32,000 nucleotides of DNA from Candidatus Hermodarchaeota archaeon (GCA_048886185.1 JBHLKY010000018.1:51251-83250), one strand, 5' to 3'. Shown: positions 10,074 through 19,331, counted from the first letter of the stretch. The notes: generated by a model from the sequence alone, not told the origin. Numbers and translations: made by a program.

Positions 10074-10791
10074 GATTTTCACCTATTACTGCAAAATAAA
10101 CATCTTCTAATGAAGAAGTTCTTAATTTCGTCTTTATCTGGGAAATTTTCCCCTCACAAAGTATCTCACCTCTGTTAATAAGTGCGATAGAGTCACATAC
10201 TTTTTCTGCTCTAGTTAAAAGGTGAGTCGTCATAAATATAGTTGTATCCTCCTTTTTCAACTTATGGATCATATTTATAACTTCTTTTGCCATTAAAGGA
10301 TCAAGACCTGATGTTGGTTCATCTAAAAAAAGGATTTTAGGATTATGCATCAAGGCTCTAGCTAAATTTACTTTCTGTTTCATACCTTTTGATAGAGTAG
10401 AAATAGGAACATTTTTCTTCTCCCAAAGATCGAAAAAATCAAATAATTCCTCAATTTTTCCTTTTCTGTCACTTTTACTAATTCCATACAGACTTCCAAT
10501 AAAATTAAGATTTTCATTAATTGTTAAACTAGGATAAAGTCCAGCATCCTCTGGTACATAACCTATCAATGGTCTAATCTTTAATCCCTCTGTTGTAACA
10601 TCATATCCCGCAACGATCGCTTTACCGTATGTAGGCGATAGTAATGTTACAAATATATTCACAGTGGTAGTTTTTCCAGCACCATTAGGACCAAGATAGG
10701 CAAAAACTTCACCTACTTCAACATGAAAATTGATATCTTTTAACGCACTGAAGCCATTGAATTTTCGGGTTAGGTGTTGTGCTTTAATCAA
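10066..10791 (-). CDS. ABC exporter ATP-binding protein
   Basis: Walker A GPNGAGKT, signature LSKGMKQK, Walker B LFLDEP, H-loop TTH. TTG start with AGGTGA upstream. Confidence 0.95.
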   Translation of the reverse strand: MIKAQHLTRKFNGFSALKDINFHVEVGEVFAYLGPNGAGKTTTVNIFVTLLSPTYGKAIVAGYDVTTEGLKIRPLIGYVPEDAGLYPSLTINENLNFIGSLYGISKSDRKGKIEELFDFFDLWEKKNVPISTLSKGMKQKVNLARALMHNPKILFLDEPTSGLDPLMAKEVINMIHKLKKEDTTIFMTTHLLTRAEKVCDSIALINRGEILCEGKISQIKTKLRTSSLEDVYFAVIGENHD

Positions 10792-10814
10792 TTTTTGTGT
10801 TCACCTAGTTTGAC

Positions 10815-10855
10815 TGTTAACTATTTCTAACATCATGTTAACTATTTCTAACATC
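10815..10855. promoter_or_regulatory. tandem palindromic operator (2 x TGTTAACTATTTCTAACATC) upstream of the ABC/XRE operon
   Basis: Perfect 20-bp direct repeat at 10815-10834 and 10836-10855. Each copy contains TGTTA-N8-TAACA. It lies just downstream of a minus-strand TTTTAAA box (10865-10859). Confidence 0.7.
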
Positions 10856-10973
10856 CTCTTTAAAAGCTTTGTTTCATGGAAAAAAGAGGGTATTAATTGT
10901 ATTCTAGACTGATTTTTTGTACAGAAAACATGGATTTAGGGAAGAAATGGGTAATGAGAAATGTTATGAAACA

Positions 10974-11282
10974 ATGACTGTGAACAAAAGTGAATCTGAC
11001 TACCAATGATCAGATGCTTGGTTATTAATGGCTGTGGTAATTGTTCAAGGATTAATATCTTCTACAAAACGCCATTCAGAAGATGTTGATTCAAGTAATA
11101 AGGTTTATCAATATGAAAACATTCAAAGAATTCTAGAAGCTGGAGATTTCATGAATCATGCAATATTTACAAGTAAGGAACTGAAAAGAGGGATAAATCG
11201 ACTTTTAGAGAGTGGATATATATAAATTATCAATAAAATGATTATACCAAGCGTTAGTACTCTTTCTTGGTGTAGTGTGTAA
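10974..11282 (+). pseudogene. pseudogene of a small conserved hypothetical protein
   Basis: One frame from ATG 10974 to TAA 11282, broken by TGA (11007-11009) and TAA (11223-11225). Reads YQ*SDAWLLMAV...GDFMNHAIFTSKELKRGINRLLESGYI*, matching a remembered W-S-D-A-W-L-L...NHA family pattern. Confidence 0.5.
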
Positions 11283-11333
11283 TCCTCATGGCATAAATTT
11301 ATCTGAACTGTGTTAAAAAAGGTGGAGGAGCTA

Positions 11334-11942
11334 TTAAGAAGGTATTGATTTTGTCTTATATTTTGTCCAAGATGTCAGCAAGGGAGCCCGTTGGTTTTTT
11401 TCTATGAACTTCACAACATTAGATCCAAGTAATGAGAAAGCTTGAGGTATCTGTTCCCCAGTTTTTGCAGAAGTTTCAATGAAATGACATTTAAAGCCAT
11501 CAGGCTCAGTAAGGTTAGTAAGGTTCTTAGTAAAGGACCTGCCTTGGCTTGGAGATATATTATTATCTATTTTATCACGTAAATCGATTTTGTTTCCAAC
11601 CACAACAATCGGTACGCGACCACGTCCATTATTAGTCCATAGTTCATTAATCCATTTTGGCATATTATAAAATGATTCGGGACGAGTGATATCATACACT
11701 AATAAACCTCCAACACAACCATTGTAATATGCCTCTCGAACCCCATCAAAACGTTGTTGACCAGCAAGATCCCAAATTTGGTAACGGACTGGAAAACCAG
11801 CAATACTGTCATCACGCATGGCGAAATCTGCACCAACTGTCAATAGATATTGAGCGTTAAATCCGTGACCGATATAGCGTTCCCTAATGGCTGTTTTACC
11901 AACTCCACCATCTCCAATTAACGCGAGCTTATATACCGTCAT
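11334..11942 (-). CDS. Rab-like small GTPase (Ras superfamily, Asgard type)
   Basis: G1 GDGGVGKT, G2 YLLTVG, G3 WDLAGQ followed by RF, G4 NKID, G5 ETSAK. No C-terminal Cys prenylation motif. Confidence 0.93.
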   Translation of the reverse strand: MTVYKLALIGDGGVGKTAIRERYIGHGFNAQYLLTVGADFAMRDDSIAGFPVRYQIWDLAGQQRFDGVREAYYNGCVGGLLVYDITRPESFYNMPKWINELWTNNGRGRVPIVVVGNKIDLRDKIDNNISPSQGRSFTKNLTNLTEPDGFKCHFIETSAKTGEQIPQAFSLLGSNVVKFIEKNQRAPLLTSWTKYKTKSIPS

Positions 11943-12249
11943 TTTTCATCTCTCAACATAAACCAGTAGATTTTCGTCGGGAAAGATTGGGAAGAATCCT
12001 TTTTTAGCTCTTCCCCGTTTTAATAGATATTACCAGCACGTAGCCATAGAAAACACGCTTTAATAAAGTAATAAGTTACATAAATATGACAACTTCATTC
12101 GACAAGTGACAGAATTGATTTTTTGTCTTTATTTCACTGATCGCATTTTCCAAGTCCTCATACGAAATATTTCTCCATAATTATATTTAGCGAATACTTC
12201 GAAATTCAAAACGATTAAAGACATATAAAACTGGTAGGGTCTTTTAACT

Positions 12250-13023
12250 GTGCTTAAATGCTTCAATGGAAGTGAAATGAGACTGGCTTTAAATCAAATA
12301 TTGTCAGAAAATGTTTTATTACATATTCTTTTTAGTTCTGTTTCTGGATTGCTGCTATGTGGGGCTGGAGGAGTTGTTCTATCACGAGATAAAAGTGCAC
12401 GATTGAATAAAATGTTTTTAGGATTTTTCATGGGAATTGGTTTGCATCAATTATTAGATGCTTTAATGACATATTTTTTATTTGGTCCAAAAAACACTAA
12501 TATCGCAAATATCGTTAGGGAATTTTCCATTATCTCACTAATTCTTGGATTAAGCTTTGGATCCCTAGTAGCACTAAATTTATATTATAAAGAGACTCTC
12601 TTTACACCTACAAAACTCCTAATATGGGCTACTTTAACCGTTGTATTAATATTATTTGGAATCATTGGTGATTATGTTACTTTGGGCGGGTACTATGGAG
12701 ACCAACCTAGTAAAACACGAGAAATCTTAGGATGGATTGGTATTACTGGATCAATTCTCATCTATTCAGGAATTATTGTATTTTTCTTACTTCTACTAAT
12801 GAGAGAAGTTGTGGATACCAAGGTTCAGAAAAAAATTATTGGAATAACAGTAGGATTTATTTTGATCAATCTAGTAGTTTTTTTATTTGATATTTCATTT
12901 GCTTTTCAACTGTTTAAAGAAGTCATCTCAGAACCAATCTTCCATCTTTTAGTTCATTCTCTAGCTCTTCTAGGTGGAATAATCACTATTACTGTCCTTT
13001 GGTCTCCTATATCTTCTTCCTAA
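12250..13023 (+). CDS. stand-alone seven-transmembrane protein (HisKA_7TM/7TMR-like sensor module)
   Basis: Seven hydrophobic segments by eye; the protein ends right after TM7 with no cytoplasmic output domain. TATAAAA at 12224-12230 fits a leaderless GTG start at 12250; ATG 12277 is an alternative. Confidence 0.65.
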   Translation: MLKCFNGSEMRLALNQILSENVLLHILFSSVSGLLLCGAGGVVLSRDKSARLNKMFLGFFMGIGLHQLLDALMTYFLFGPKNTNIANIVREFSIISLILGLSFGSLVALNLYYKETLFTPTKLLIWATLTVVLILFGIIGDYVTLGGYYGDQPSKTREILGWIGITGSILIYSGIIVFFLLLLMREVVDTKVQKKIIGITVGFILINLVVFLFDISFAFQLFKEVISEPIFHLLVHSLALLGGIITITVLWSPISSS

Positions 13024-13703
13024 AATCCGAAAACCTTGGCAGTCTTTATAGTTCGGTCAAGATACTGAATTAATTTCATTAATGGGTCTTTAAGTGATTG
13101 ATGAATATATCCAGAGTCAATAAACGTTCGTAACACATCAATCTTATTTTGAATGAGTTCAGGATCCTTAGCAGTGAACCCCTCTCCAAAAATTCTCTCT
13201 GCAATTACTTTTGGAGTAACTTTCATACTTTTAAGTTCCTCAATTATGTCTTTAATGAAAGTGAGCTCTTCTGCAGAACTAATTTCTCCATCTAGCTGTA
13301 CTCCAAATCGTAAAAGAATAGAATTCATCAACTGGTCGACCTCATTGGTTTCCGAAGCCTGTAATGGAAAAATTACACGAGACTCCATTTCTAGCGAAAG
13401 CTGCATAAACTGAGACGAACTTGTTAGATGATCAAAAAAACTAGCTATAATGCCTTGATTAATAGCAGATTTGAGACCTAAGATTACTATTAAGAAATTG
13501 TATCTATTGAAATAGAACAACATATCCTGTAATCCAATAGAAGATAATTCTGACCCCAACTCCTTAGAAAAAGCTAAAATAGCTGCAATAAATCCTGAGA
13601 AGAGGTTTTCATCAACTGTTTCTTTAATAAAGGACTTTTTATAAACTATAAGTCCACTTGGATGGATCATAATTATTGAATGAATAGGAAAATCTATAGA
13701 CAA
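13020..13703 (-). CDS. longin-like domain protein with C-terminal helical extension
   Basis: N-terminal IHSIIMIHPSGLIVY...DENLFSGFIAAILAFSKELG...I is the typical Asgard longin/roadblock-like signature. TTG start with GTGGT upstream. The stop overlaps the convergent 7TM gene by 4 nt. Confidence 0.7.
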   Translation of the reverse strand: MSIDFPIHSIIMIHPSGLIVYKKSFIKETVDENLFSGFIAAILAFSKELGSELSSIGLQDMLFYFNRYNFLIVILGLKSAINQGIIASFFDHLTSSSQFMQLSLEMESRVIFPLQASETNEVDQLMNSILLRFGVQLDGEISSAEELTFIKDIIEELKSMKVTPKVIAERIFGEGFTAKDPELIQNKIDVLRTFIDSGYIHQSLKDPLMKLIQYLDRTIKTAKVFGF

Positions 13704-13824
13704 ATGTTGACACCACAGAAATTGTTCAAGAGGAATCTTATGTTATTATAATATAGTTGATGTTTGCAATATTAGAATAAAAAAATTACTCCCAAGTTCC
13801 CTTTCAGTTGTTTTGATATTCCTC

Positions 13825-14166
13825 TTAATTATGGAGCTTATCTAAGGTCTCTTTTGCCTGTGGAATGTTTAATTGTTTCCATAGGGCTTCTAATTTGTCA
13901 GTACAGGGATAATCATTACACTCAGCACAAGTAGTTAATCCTTTCCCCATGCTACAATTTCTTACAGCACATTGAGAGCAATGAAAGAAGTTATTCTCGC
14001 TAGCATGACACCCATCACAATTAATTTGATCAGGGTTAACTACAAATCCTTCACCTGACCATTGCTTAGCAGTTTTTTCCCTTAGAACTTGGTTATTTGT
14101 TTGTTTCGCGATGAATGCTGGGCACTGTTCACAATTCAATCCACAGTAAGCAATCATTTCTGTCAT
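13825..14166 (-). CDS. DUF3795 cysteine-rich protein
   Basis: IAYCGLNCEQCPA...CDGC...CSQCAVRNC...CAECNDYPC cysteine pattern. Confidence 0.88.
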   Translation of the reverse strand: MTEMIAYCGLNCEQCPAFIAKQTNNQVLREKTAKQWSGEGFVVNPDQINCDGCHASENNFFHCSQCAVRNCSMGKGLTTCAECNDYPCTDKLEALWKQLNIPQAKETLDKLHN

Positions 14167-14408
14167 TATTAAACCTCATTTGATTTCCTTAGTTACAAAT
14201 CTAATGTATTTAAATATATGATTATAGGCAAGTATTAATTTTGCTAGATCTTACTTAATCTATCAATTATTACTTTAATAACGAGATCGCCTTTATTCCA
14301 TTCCTATTGAACCAATCTTTGCCACATTCATTTGTTTTATAATTGAATTATAAAGAAAATAAATTGAATTCCTGAATTTTAACTCAAAGTAAATCAAGTG
14401 AAATTAAC

Positions 14409-15473
14409 ATGACACCTACTAATGATGAAAACGATTTAACAGAAGACGAGAGAACAGTTTTATGGATTATCAGTGAGCTCCAAACGAGAGATAAGGATCC
14501 TAAAACAAATGAAATAACTATTTCTGAGAATTTAAAGATCACTCTTACAAGAGAAGGAATTAAGAAACTTAAAACGATCTCAGAAAAGAATATTGATTCA
14601 GATTCTGCAATCAATACCTTAATTGCAAAAGAACTAATATTTATTGATGGATCTGAACTCAAACTCACCGAAGTTGGGATAAAAATTGGAAAAGTAATCC
14701 GCTCTAAACAAATGAGTAATTGGTATAATGATAATCTAATTAGGTGCGCCACAAGTAAAGCTTACGCCCTTTTCTGTGAGAAAGTATTTGGAAAGAATCT
14801 TTTACAGTTCAATGTTCTGGATATGGATCAATTAGAAAAACTCATATCGTCATTAAATCTGAATTCCAACGATTCGGCTTTAGACCTAGGATGTGGTTTA
14901 GGAAAAATAACAGAGTACATTCATAAGAAAACGGGTGCTAAAATTATTGGGGTCGATTTTGCTGAACATCTTATCCATTGGGCAAGAGAAAACACAGTTA
15001 CAAATGATAATATGTTGGTATTTCAAGTAGGAAATATTAATGAACTGATTTTCCCCCGATCATCCTTTGATGCTATTTTTGCAATAGACACTCTCTATCC
15101 AACTAATGTAGATAACCTAGAAGTAACTATAGCTAGATTAAAAGAACTTTTAAAACCAAAGGGGCAGTTGGGGATATTTTTTGCCCAAATCATAGAATCC
15201 GAAGAACAAAAACATGCGGTAGAACCTAATCAGACCAAAATGGCCCTGGCTTTGAGAAATAATAATTTAGATTATACAGTAATTGATTTTACTCAAAATG
15301 CAAGGGATATATGGCAACGAGAAATTACTTTCGCGACTGAATTACAAGAAATGTTTGAGAAAGAAGGTAATCTCGATCTTTGTGAGGACAGGATAGCTGA
15401 TGGAAAGAGATGTATTCAGAGAATCGATAAACAACTGCAAAAAAGATATTTTTATCATGCTTCAGGTATTTGA
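14409..15473 (+). CDS. class I SAM-dependent methyltransferase with N-terminal winged-helix-like domain
   Basis: Motif I LDLGCGLG, post-II GVD, FDAIFAIDT, LKPKGQL. The N-terminal ~100 aa end in LIAKELIFIDGSELKLTEVG, a wing-like pattern. Confidence 0.8.
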   Translation: MTPTNDENDLTEDERTVLWIISELQTRDKDPKTNEITISENLKITLTREGIKKLKTISEKNIDSDSAINTLIAKELIFIDGSELKLTEVGIKIGKVIRSKQMSNWYNDNLIRCATSKAYALFCEKVFGKNLLQFNVLDMDQLEKLISSLNLNSNDSALDLGCGLGKITEYIHKKTGAKIIGVDFAEHLIHWARENTVTNDNMLVFQVGNINELIFPRSSFDAIFAIDTLYPTNVDNLEVTIARLKELLKPKGQLGIFFAQIIESEEQKHAVEPNQTKMALALRNNNLDYTVIDFTQNARDIWQREITFATELQEMFEKEGNLDLCEDRIADGKRCIQRIDKQLQKRYFYHASGI

Positions 15474-15574
15474 TCACTTATACTAATCCTTAGGTTGGAT
15501 TATTTGAATATTATGTCTCTCATCTCCTTCTAAACCTAAAACAGTTAAGGGGGATCAGAAAGTATTTGGAGATA

Positions 15575-15626
15575 TTTTTATATGAGACAAAAATCTTCGG
15601 ATTATATTCAATTTTACAAGAGAGGT
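15575..15626 (+). promoter_or_regulatory. TATA box and ribosome-binding site of the glycyl radical enzyme operon
   Basis: TTTTTATA at 15575-15582 and GAGGT at 15622-15626, 9 nt before GTG 15636. Confidence 0.5.
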
Positions 15627-15635
15627 AGACCTTAA

Positions 15636-18122
15636 GTGACAGAATCACTAGCATTTGAACAGCGTGAAATTGTCAAACAACCTTCTACGGTAAGAATTCG
15701 ACAATTACGTGATACTTATTTATCAGAACCATTAATGATCGATCCTGAGTATATTTATCGCTATATGGAAGCTCATCGTAAAACTGATGAAATGAATGTT
15801 CTGGAAAGAAGAGCTGAATGTCATGCTTATGCTTTAGAGAATATAACACCAGTTATAAGAGACAATGAGCTTATTGTTGGAAGTAAAACTAGATTTATTC
15901 GTGGGGCTATTCCTTACTGCAATTATGCTTCTGATTTCATCCGGAGAGTTTTTGAAAAAGAACAACAGGAAGCTCAGGATAGTGTGACAGATTTAGGAGA
16001 GGGAGGTGGAATTGCTAAAGGAAGGGAACTTGCTCAATCAGGAGACTTTGAGATATTTTCACATAAATTTCTAATTTCAAAAAATGACAAAGAACAACTG
16101 AAAGAATGTGCAGAATATTTTAAAGGTAAGAGTATGCAAGACATGGGTGATGCTTTATGGAAAACAACTTTTTCTGAAGCAAATTACATAGAAAAAGGTT
16201 GGGAAGCAGTATTATACACAGCTCCCCATGATCCAGCTCCTGAAGGAAGATATGTTCTTGATTACGAAACAGCATTAAATGAAGGTTTCTTAAAGATTAT
16301 TGATAGAATGCAAAATAATATCTTAAAAACACGAATTACTGACTACAAATCAGCAGAAAAAGTATATTTCTGGCGAGCTGGAATAAGAGTTCTAGAGGCT
16401 ACAATTAATTGGGCTGATAATTATGCTAAAGAAGCAGAAAGATTAGCACAAATGGAAGTGGATCCAAAAAGAAAAGAGGAATTATTAATAATTGCTAATC
16501 ATTGTAAATGGGTACCAAAAAATCCACCAAGAAACTTTAAGGAGGCTGTACAAGCTTTTTGGTTTATCTACTTAGCTGGTCATATTGAGGGAGCTCATCT
16601 TGGGTATTCACCTGGAAGATTCGATAGATATATGTACCCATTCTATAAAGAAGATACTGAAATTTCTGACGATGATGTACTGGAGCTACTAGAAGCTTTA
16701 CGCATAAAAATGACAGAAATTGAATATGTGGCTTCATTCTCATGGGAGGGACTCGGATCAGGAAATTTATTTCAAAATATGATTATTGGAGGGACAGATA
16801 AAAATGGAAGAAGAGGTGATAACGAAATATCAATGTTAATTTTACAAGCAGCTATAAATTGCCAAACAATACAACCAACTTTATCAATATGGTATGATGA
16901 TTCTCTTAGTGAGGAATTTCTTTTAAAAGCTGTCGAATGTGTGAAAACTGGATGTGGTTTCCCCGCTTGGTTTAATCTCAAAATCTATATCCAACATGAA
17001 TTACAAAAATCTGGATTACCAGTTCCTGTTATTAGGAAATATGCTGCTATGGGAGGCTGTACCGAACCAACCATAGAAGGGATGAGTTATGGAATTGTTC
17101 AACCAGGATTTATTAATCATGGGAAATTACTTGAATTAGCAATGTATGGGGGAAAAGATTTACGTACAGGATTGCAATTCACTGAAACAAAGATCCCTCA
17201 AAACTATAAAGAAGTGATTGAAGCTTATAAAACTCATTTAAAAGTATCTATTCAGAATTGGCAATCTTACTGGAACATCGTTATGGCCGCTCATCGACAG
17301 ACCTGTAATCTAATTTACTCTTCTGTTTTAATCCAAGATTGTGTAGAAAGAGGTTTATCTCTTGATGATGGTGGTGCAATTTGCAATGAAGTACCGACTA
17401 CTCTTTCAACAGGCATGGTAAATGTTGCAAATTCTCTTGCTGCAGTAAAAAAGCTTGTAGAAGATCAAAGACTGTATACAATGGCAGATGTTATAGAAGC
17501 TTGTAAAAGTAATTTTAGCAACAATGATGAAATGAGAAGAAAGGCCCTTGATGCTCCTAAATGGGGTAATGATGATGATTATGTGGATGAGATTTTTATC
17601 GATCTTTTTAATACCTACTGTGATTTTGTAAAGAATGGGATAAATTACCTAGGTAAACCATACGATCCATCAATGTTGGCAATTAGTACCCATACACCAT
17701 TTGGGAAAGTAACAGGAGCAACACCTGATGGTAGACTATCAGGAGTATCATTATGTGATGGAGTAACTTCACCATTCCCTGGAACTGACACCAATGGACC
17801 AGTTGCTACAATCTTATCAGCAGCGAAAGTTGACCATACTAAAATACGAGGTGGACTTCACAATATGAAATTCCATCCTAGTGCTCTAAAAGGAATTTCA
17901 GGTTCACAAAAATTAATTTCCTTGATTAAAACATATTTTGATTACCTTGGTTTTCAATTGCAATTCAATGTAGTTGATACCAAGATGTTAAGGGATGCTC
18001 AAAAGAATCCAGATAAATATCGTGATTTAATAGTCAGAGTTGCTGGATTTAGTGCTTTCTTTGTTGAATTAAGTAAGTCTATTCAAGACCAAGTTATCGA
18101 AAGAACAGAGTTAATGCTTTGA
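15636..18122 (+). CDS. glycyl radical enzyme, arylacetate-decarboxylase (HpdB-like) clade
   Basis: Glycyl loop RVAGF (G804), thiyl loop GGCTEP (C475, E477), PKWGNDD, TPDGR. Segments KTRFIRG, GEGGG, PEGR, SGNLF and QPTLSIWYDDSLSEEFLLKAVEC resemble remembered HpdB segments. Confidence 0.9.
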   Translation: MTESLAFEQREIVKQPSTVRIRQLRDTYLSEPLMIDPEYIYRYMEAHRKTDEMNVLERRAECHAYALENITPVIRDNELIVGSKTRFIRGAIPYCNYASDFIRRVFEKEQQEAQDSVTDLGEGGGIAKGRELAQSGDFEIFSHKFLISKNDKEQLKECAEYFKGKSMQDMGDALWKTTFSEANYIEKGWEAVLYTAPHDPAPEGRYVLDYETALNEGFLKIIDRMQNNILKTRITDYKSAEKVYFWRAGIRVLEATINWADNYAKEAERLAQMEVDPKRKEELLIIANHCKWVPKNPPRNFKEAVQAFWFIYLAGHIEGAHLGYSPGRFDRYMYPFYKEDTEISDDDVLELLEALRIKMTEIEYVASFSWEGLGSGNLFQNMIIGGTDKNGRRGDNEISMLILQAAINCQTIQPTLSIWYDDSLSEEFLLKAVECVKTGCGFPAWFNLKIYIQHELQKSGLPVPVIRKYAAMGGCTEPTIEGMSYGIVQPGFINHGKLLELAMYGGKDLRTGLQFTETKIPQNYKEVIEAYKTHLKVSIQNWQSYWNIVMAAHRQTCNLIYSSVLIQDCVERGLSLDDGGAICNEVPTTLSTGMVNVANSLAAVKKLVEDQRLYTMADVIEACKSNFSNNDEMRRKALDAPKWGNDDDYVDEIFIDLFNTYCDFVKNGINYLGKPYDPSMLAISTHTPFGKVTGATPDGRLSGVSLCDGVTSPFPGTDTNGPVATILSAAKVDHTKIRGGLHNMKFHPSALKGISGSQKLISLIKTYFDYLGFQLQFNVVDTKMLRDAQKNPDKYRDLIVRVAGFSAFFVELSKSIQDQVIERTELML

Positions 18123-19075
18123 TGACATTGATACCAGATAATAAAAGTCCATTATCCTTCAAAAATGAAGAAACAATAATTTTTAATATACAAGATTATT
18201 GTGTGGATGATGGGCCAGGAATAAGGACAGTGATCTTTTTTAAAGGCTGTTATCTTCGATGTCATTGGTGTTCAAACCCAGAAAGTCAATTATTTGAGCC
18301 AGAAATTTTTTACTCGGGACTAAAGTGCAAAAAATGTAGAAAATGTGAAAAAACATGTCCAAATTCCAGTATTGATTTTTCTAATATAGAATTCCCACTT
18401 TTTAACAGAAATATTTGTTCAATCTGTGAATCAAAGATTTGTACTAAGGTGTGTCCTGAAAATGCTTTAAGAACTGTTGGTTACCCTATTACAGTTTTAG
18501 ATTTACTTAAGAGAGTAAAAAAGAATTCATTATTATTCAGGAATTCCGGAGGTGGGATTACTCTCTCAGGTGGTGAACCACTGGCTCATATAGCCTTTAT
18601 TAGGGAATTCTTAAAGAAAACTACGGCATTAGGATTTTCTGTTGGGATAGAGACTTGTGGTTTTTTTAATTGGCAAAGGGTGATCGATATTATACCAAAT
18701 ATTGATTTTTTCTTTTTTGACTTGAAGATTATGGATTCAAAATTTCATAAAGCATTAACAGGGGTAAATAATGATAAGATTCACTTAAATCTTAAAAAAT
18801 TAAGTCAAACTGAGGCCAAAAAAATTACTATTTCTATCCCAATTGTTCCAGGTATTAATGATTATCTAGAAAACATTAAAAAAACCGTTAATTTATGTAC
18901 AGAATTTGGAATCAAAAAAATTCGGTTTCTAAAGTATCATGAATGGGGAAGAGGTAAATATGAAGAATTGGGTCGTCAATATTTGCTAAATGAAAGAATG
19001 AAACTACAAGAAAATGATCTTAAAACCTTTGAAAAATTGGCTAAAGAAGCTGGTCTACAAGTTACTATTATTTAG
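18122..19075 (+). CDS. glycyl-radical enzyme activating enzyme (radical SAM with 2x[4Fe-4S] insert)
   Basis: DGPGIRT, CxxxCxxC (GCYLRCHWCSNPE), ferredoxin-like inserts CKKCRKCEKTCP and CSICESKICTKVCP, GITLSGGEP. ATG overlaps the GRE stop (TGATG). Confidence 0.93.
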   Translation: MTLIPDNKSPLSFKNEETIIFNIQDYCVDDGPGIRTVIFFKGCYLRCHWCSNPESQLFEPEIFYSGLKCKKCRKCEKTCPNSSIDFSNIEFPLFNRNICSICESKICTKVCPENALRTVGYPITVLDLLKRVKKNSLLFRNSGGGITLSGGEPLAHIAFIREFLKKTTALGFSVGIETCGFFNWQRVIDIIPNIDFFFFDLKIMDSKFHKALTGVNNDKIHLNLKKLSQTEAKKITISIPIVPGINDYLENIKKTVNLCTEFGIKKIRFLKYHEWGRGKYEELGRQYLLNERMKLQENDLKTFEKLAKEAGLQVTII

Positions 19076-19079
19076 CATA

Positions 19080-19111
19080 TACCAACCTTTTTTTTGAAGA
19101 ATGTGTTGGTA
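19080..19111 (+). terminator. putative terminator (T8 tract inside an inverted repeat)
   Basis: TACCAAC...GTTGGTA arms enclose a run of 8 T, immediately after the activase stop. Confidence 0.35.
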
Positions 19112-19331
19112 GTACAAAGAAAGGGAAATATTCTGGTATAAATAAACAAAAAACTGAAAAATCGCAACACAGGATATTTATGGGTTAAATGCTTGTGACC
19201 ATTACATTAAGTTAAAATCCTTTTAAAACTATGAGAATTCTTAAATTCCATTAATTATCACTTAAACAGCAATTTCATCTTCTTTCTAATCCTTACAAAC
19301 CATTATGAGAAATGTTTGAACAATTCTTCTT

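Noticed and set aside
933-10110. Short track ORFs 933-1253, 3047-3244, 3825-4022, 6704-6928, 7322-7543, 8507-8692, 9028-9210, 9541-9735, 9844-10110
   Set aside because: They lie inside or largely overlap better-supported genes, antisense or in another frame, and have no motifs.
10815-10855. Direct repeat as a CRISPR mini-array
   Set aside because: Only two 20-bp copies separated by 1 nt, with no spacer and no cas genes.
4456-11009. In-frame TGA codons (4456, 4651, 11007) as selenocysteine or TGA=Trp recoding
   Set aside because: TGA ends well-conserved genes at their expected ends (GRE, fakA, fakB, phosphoesterase) and TGG is used for Trp throughout. The positions are not redox Cys sites, and the 10974 frame also has a TAA. 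Pseudogenes explain these better.
11334-11400. Eukaryote-style prenylation signal on the Rab-like GTPase
   Set aside because: The C-terminus (…KYKTKSIPS) has no cysteine.
15636-18122. Annotation as pyruvate formate-lyase
   Set aside because: It lacks the adjacent Cys-Cys active-site pair (has GCTE), and the activase carries a ferredoxin insert typical of non-PFL enzymes.
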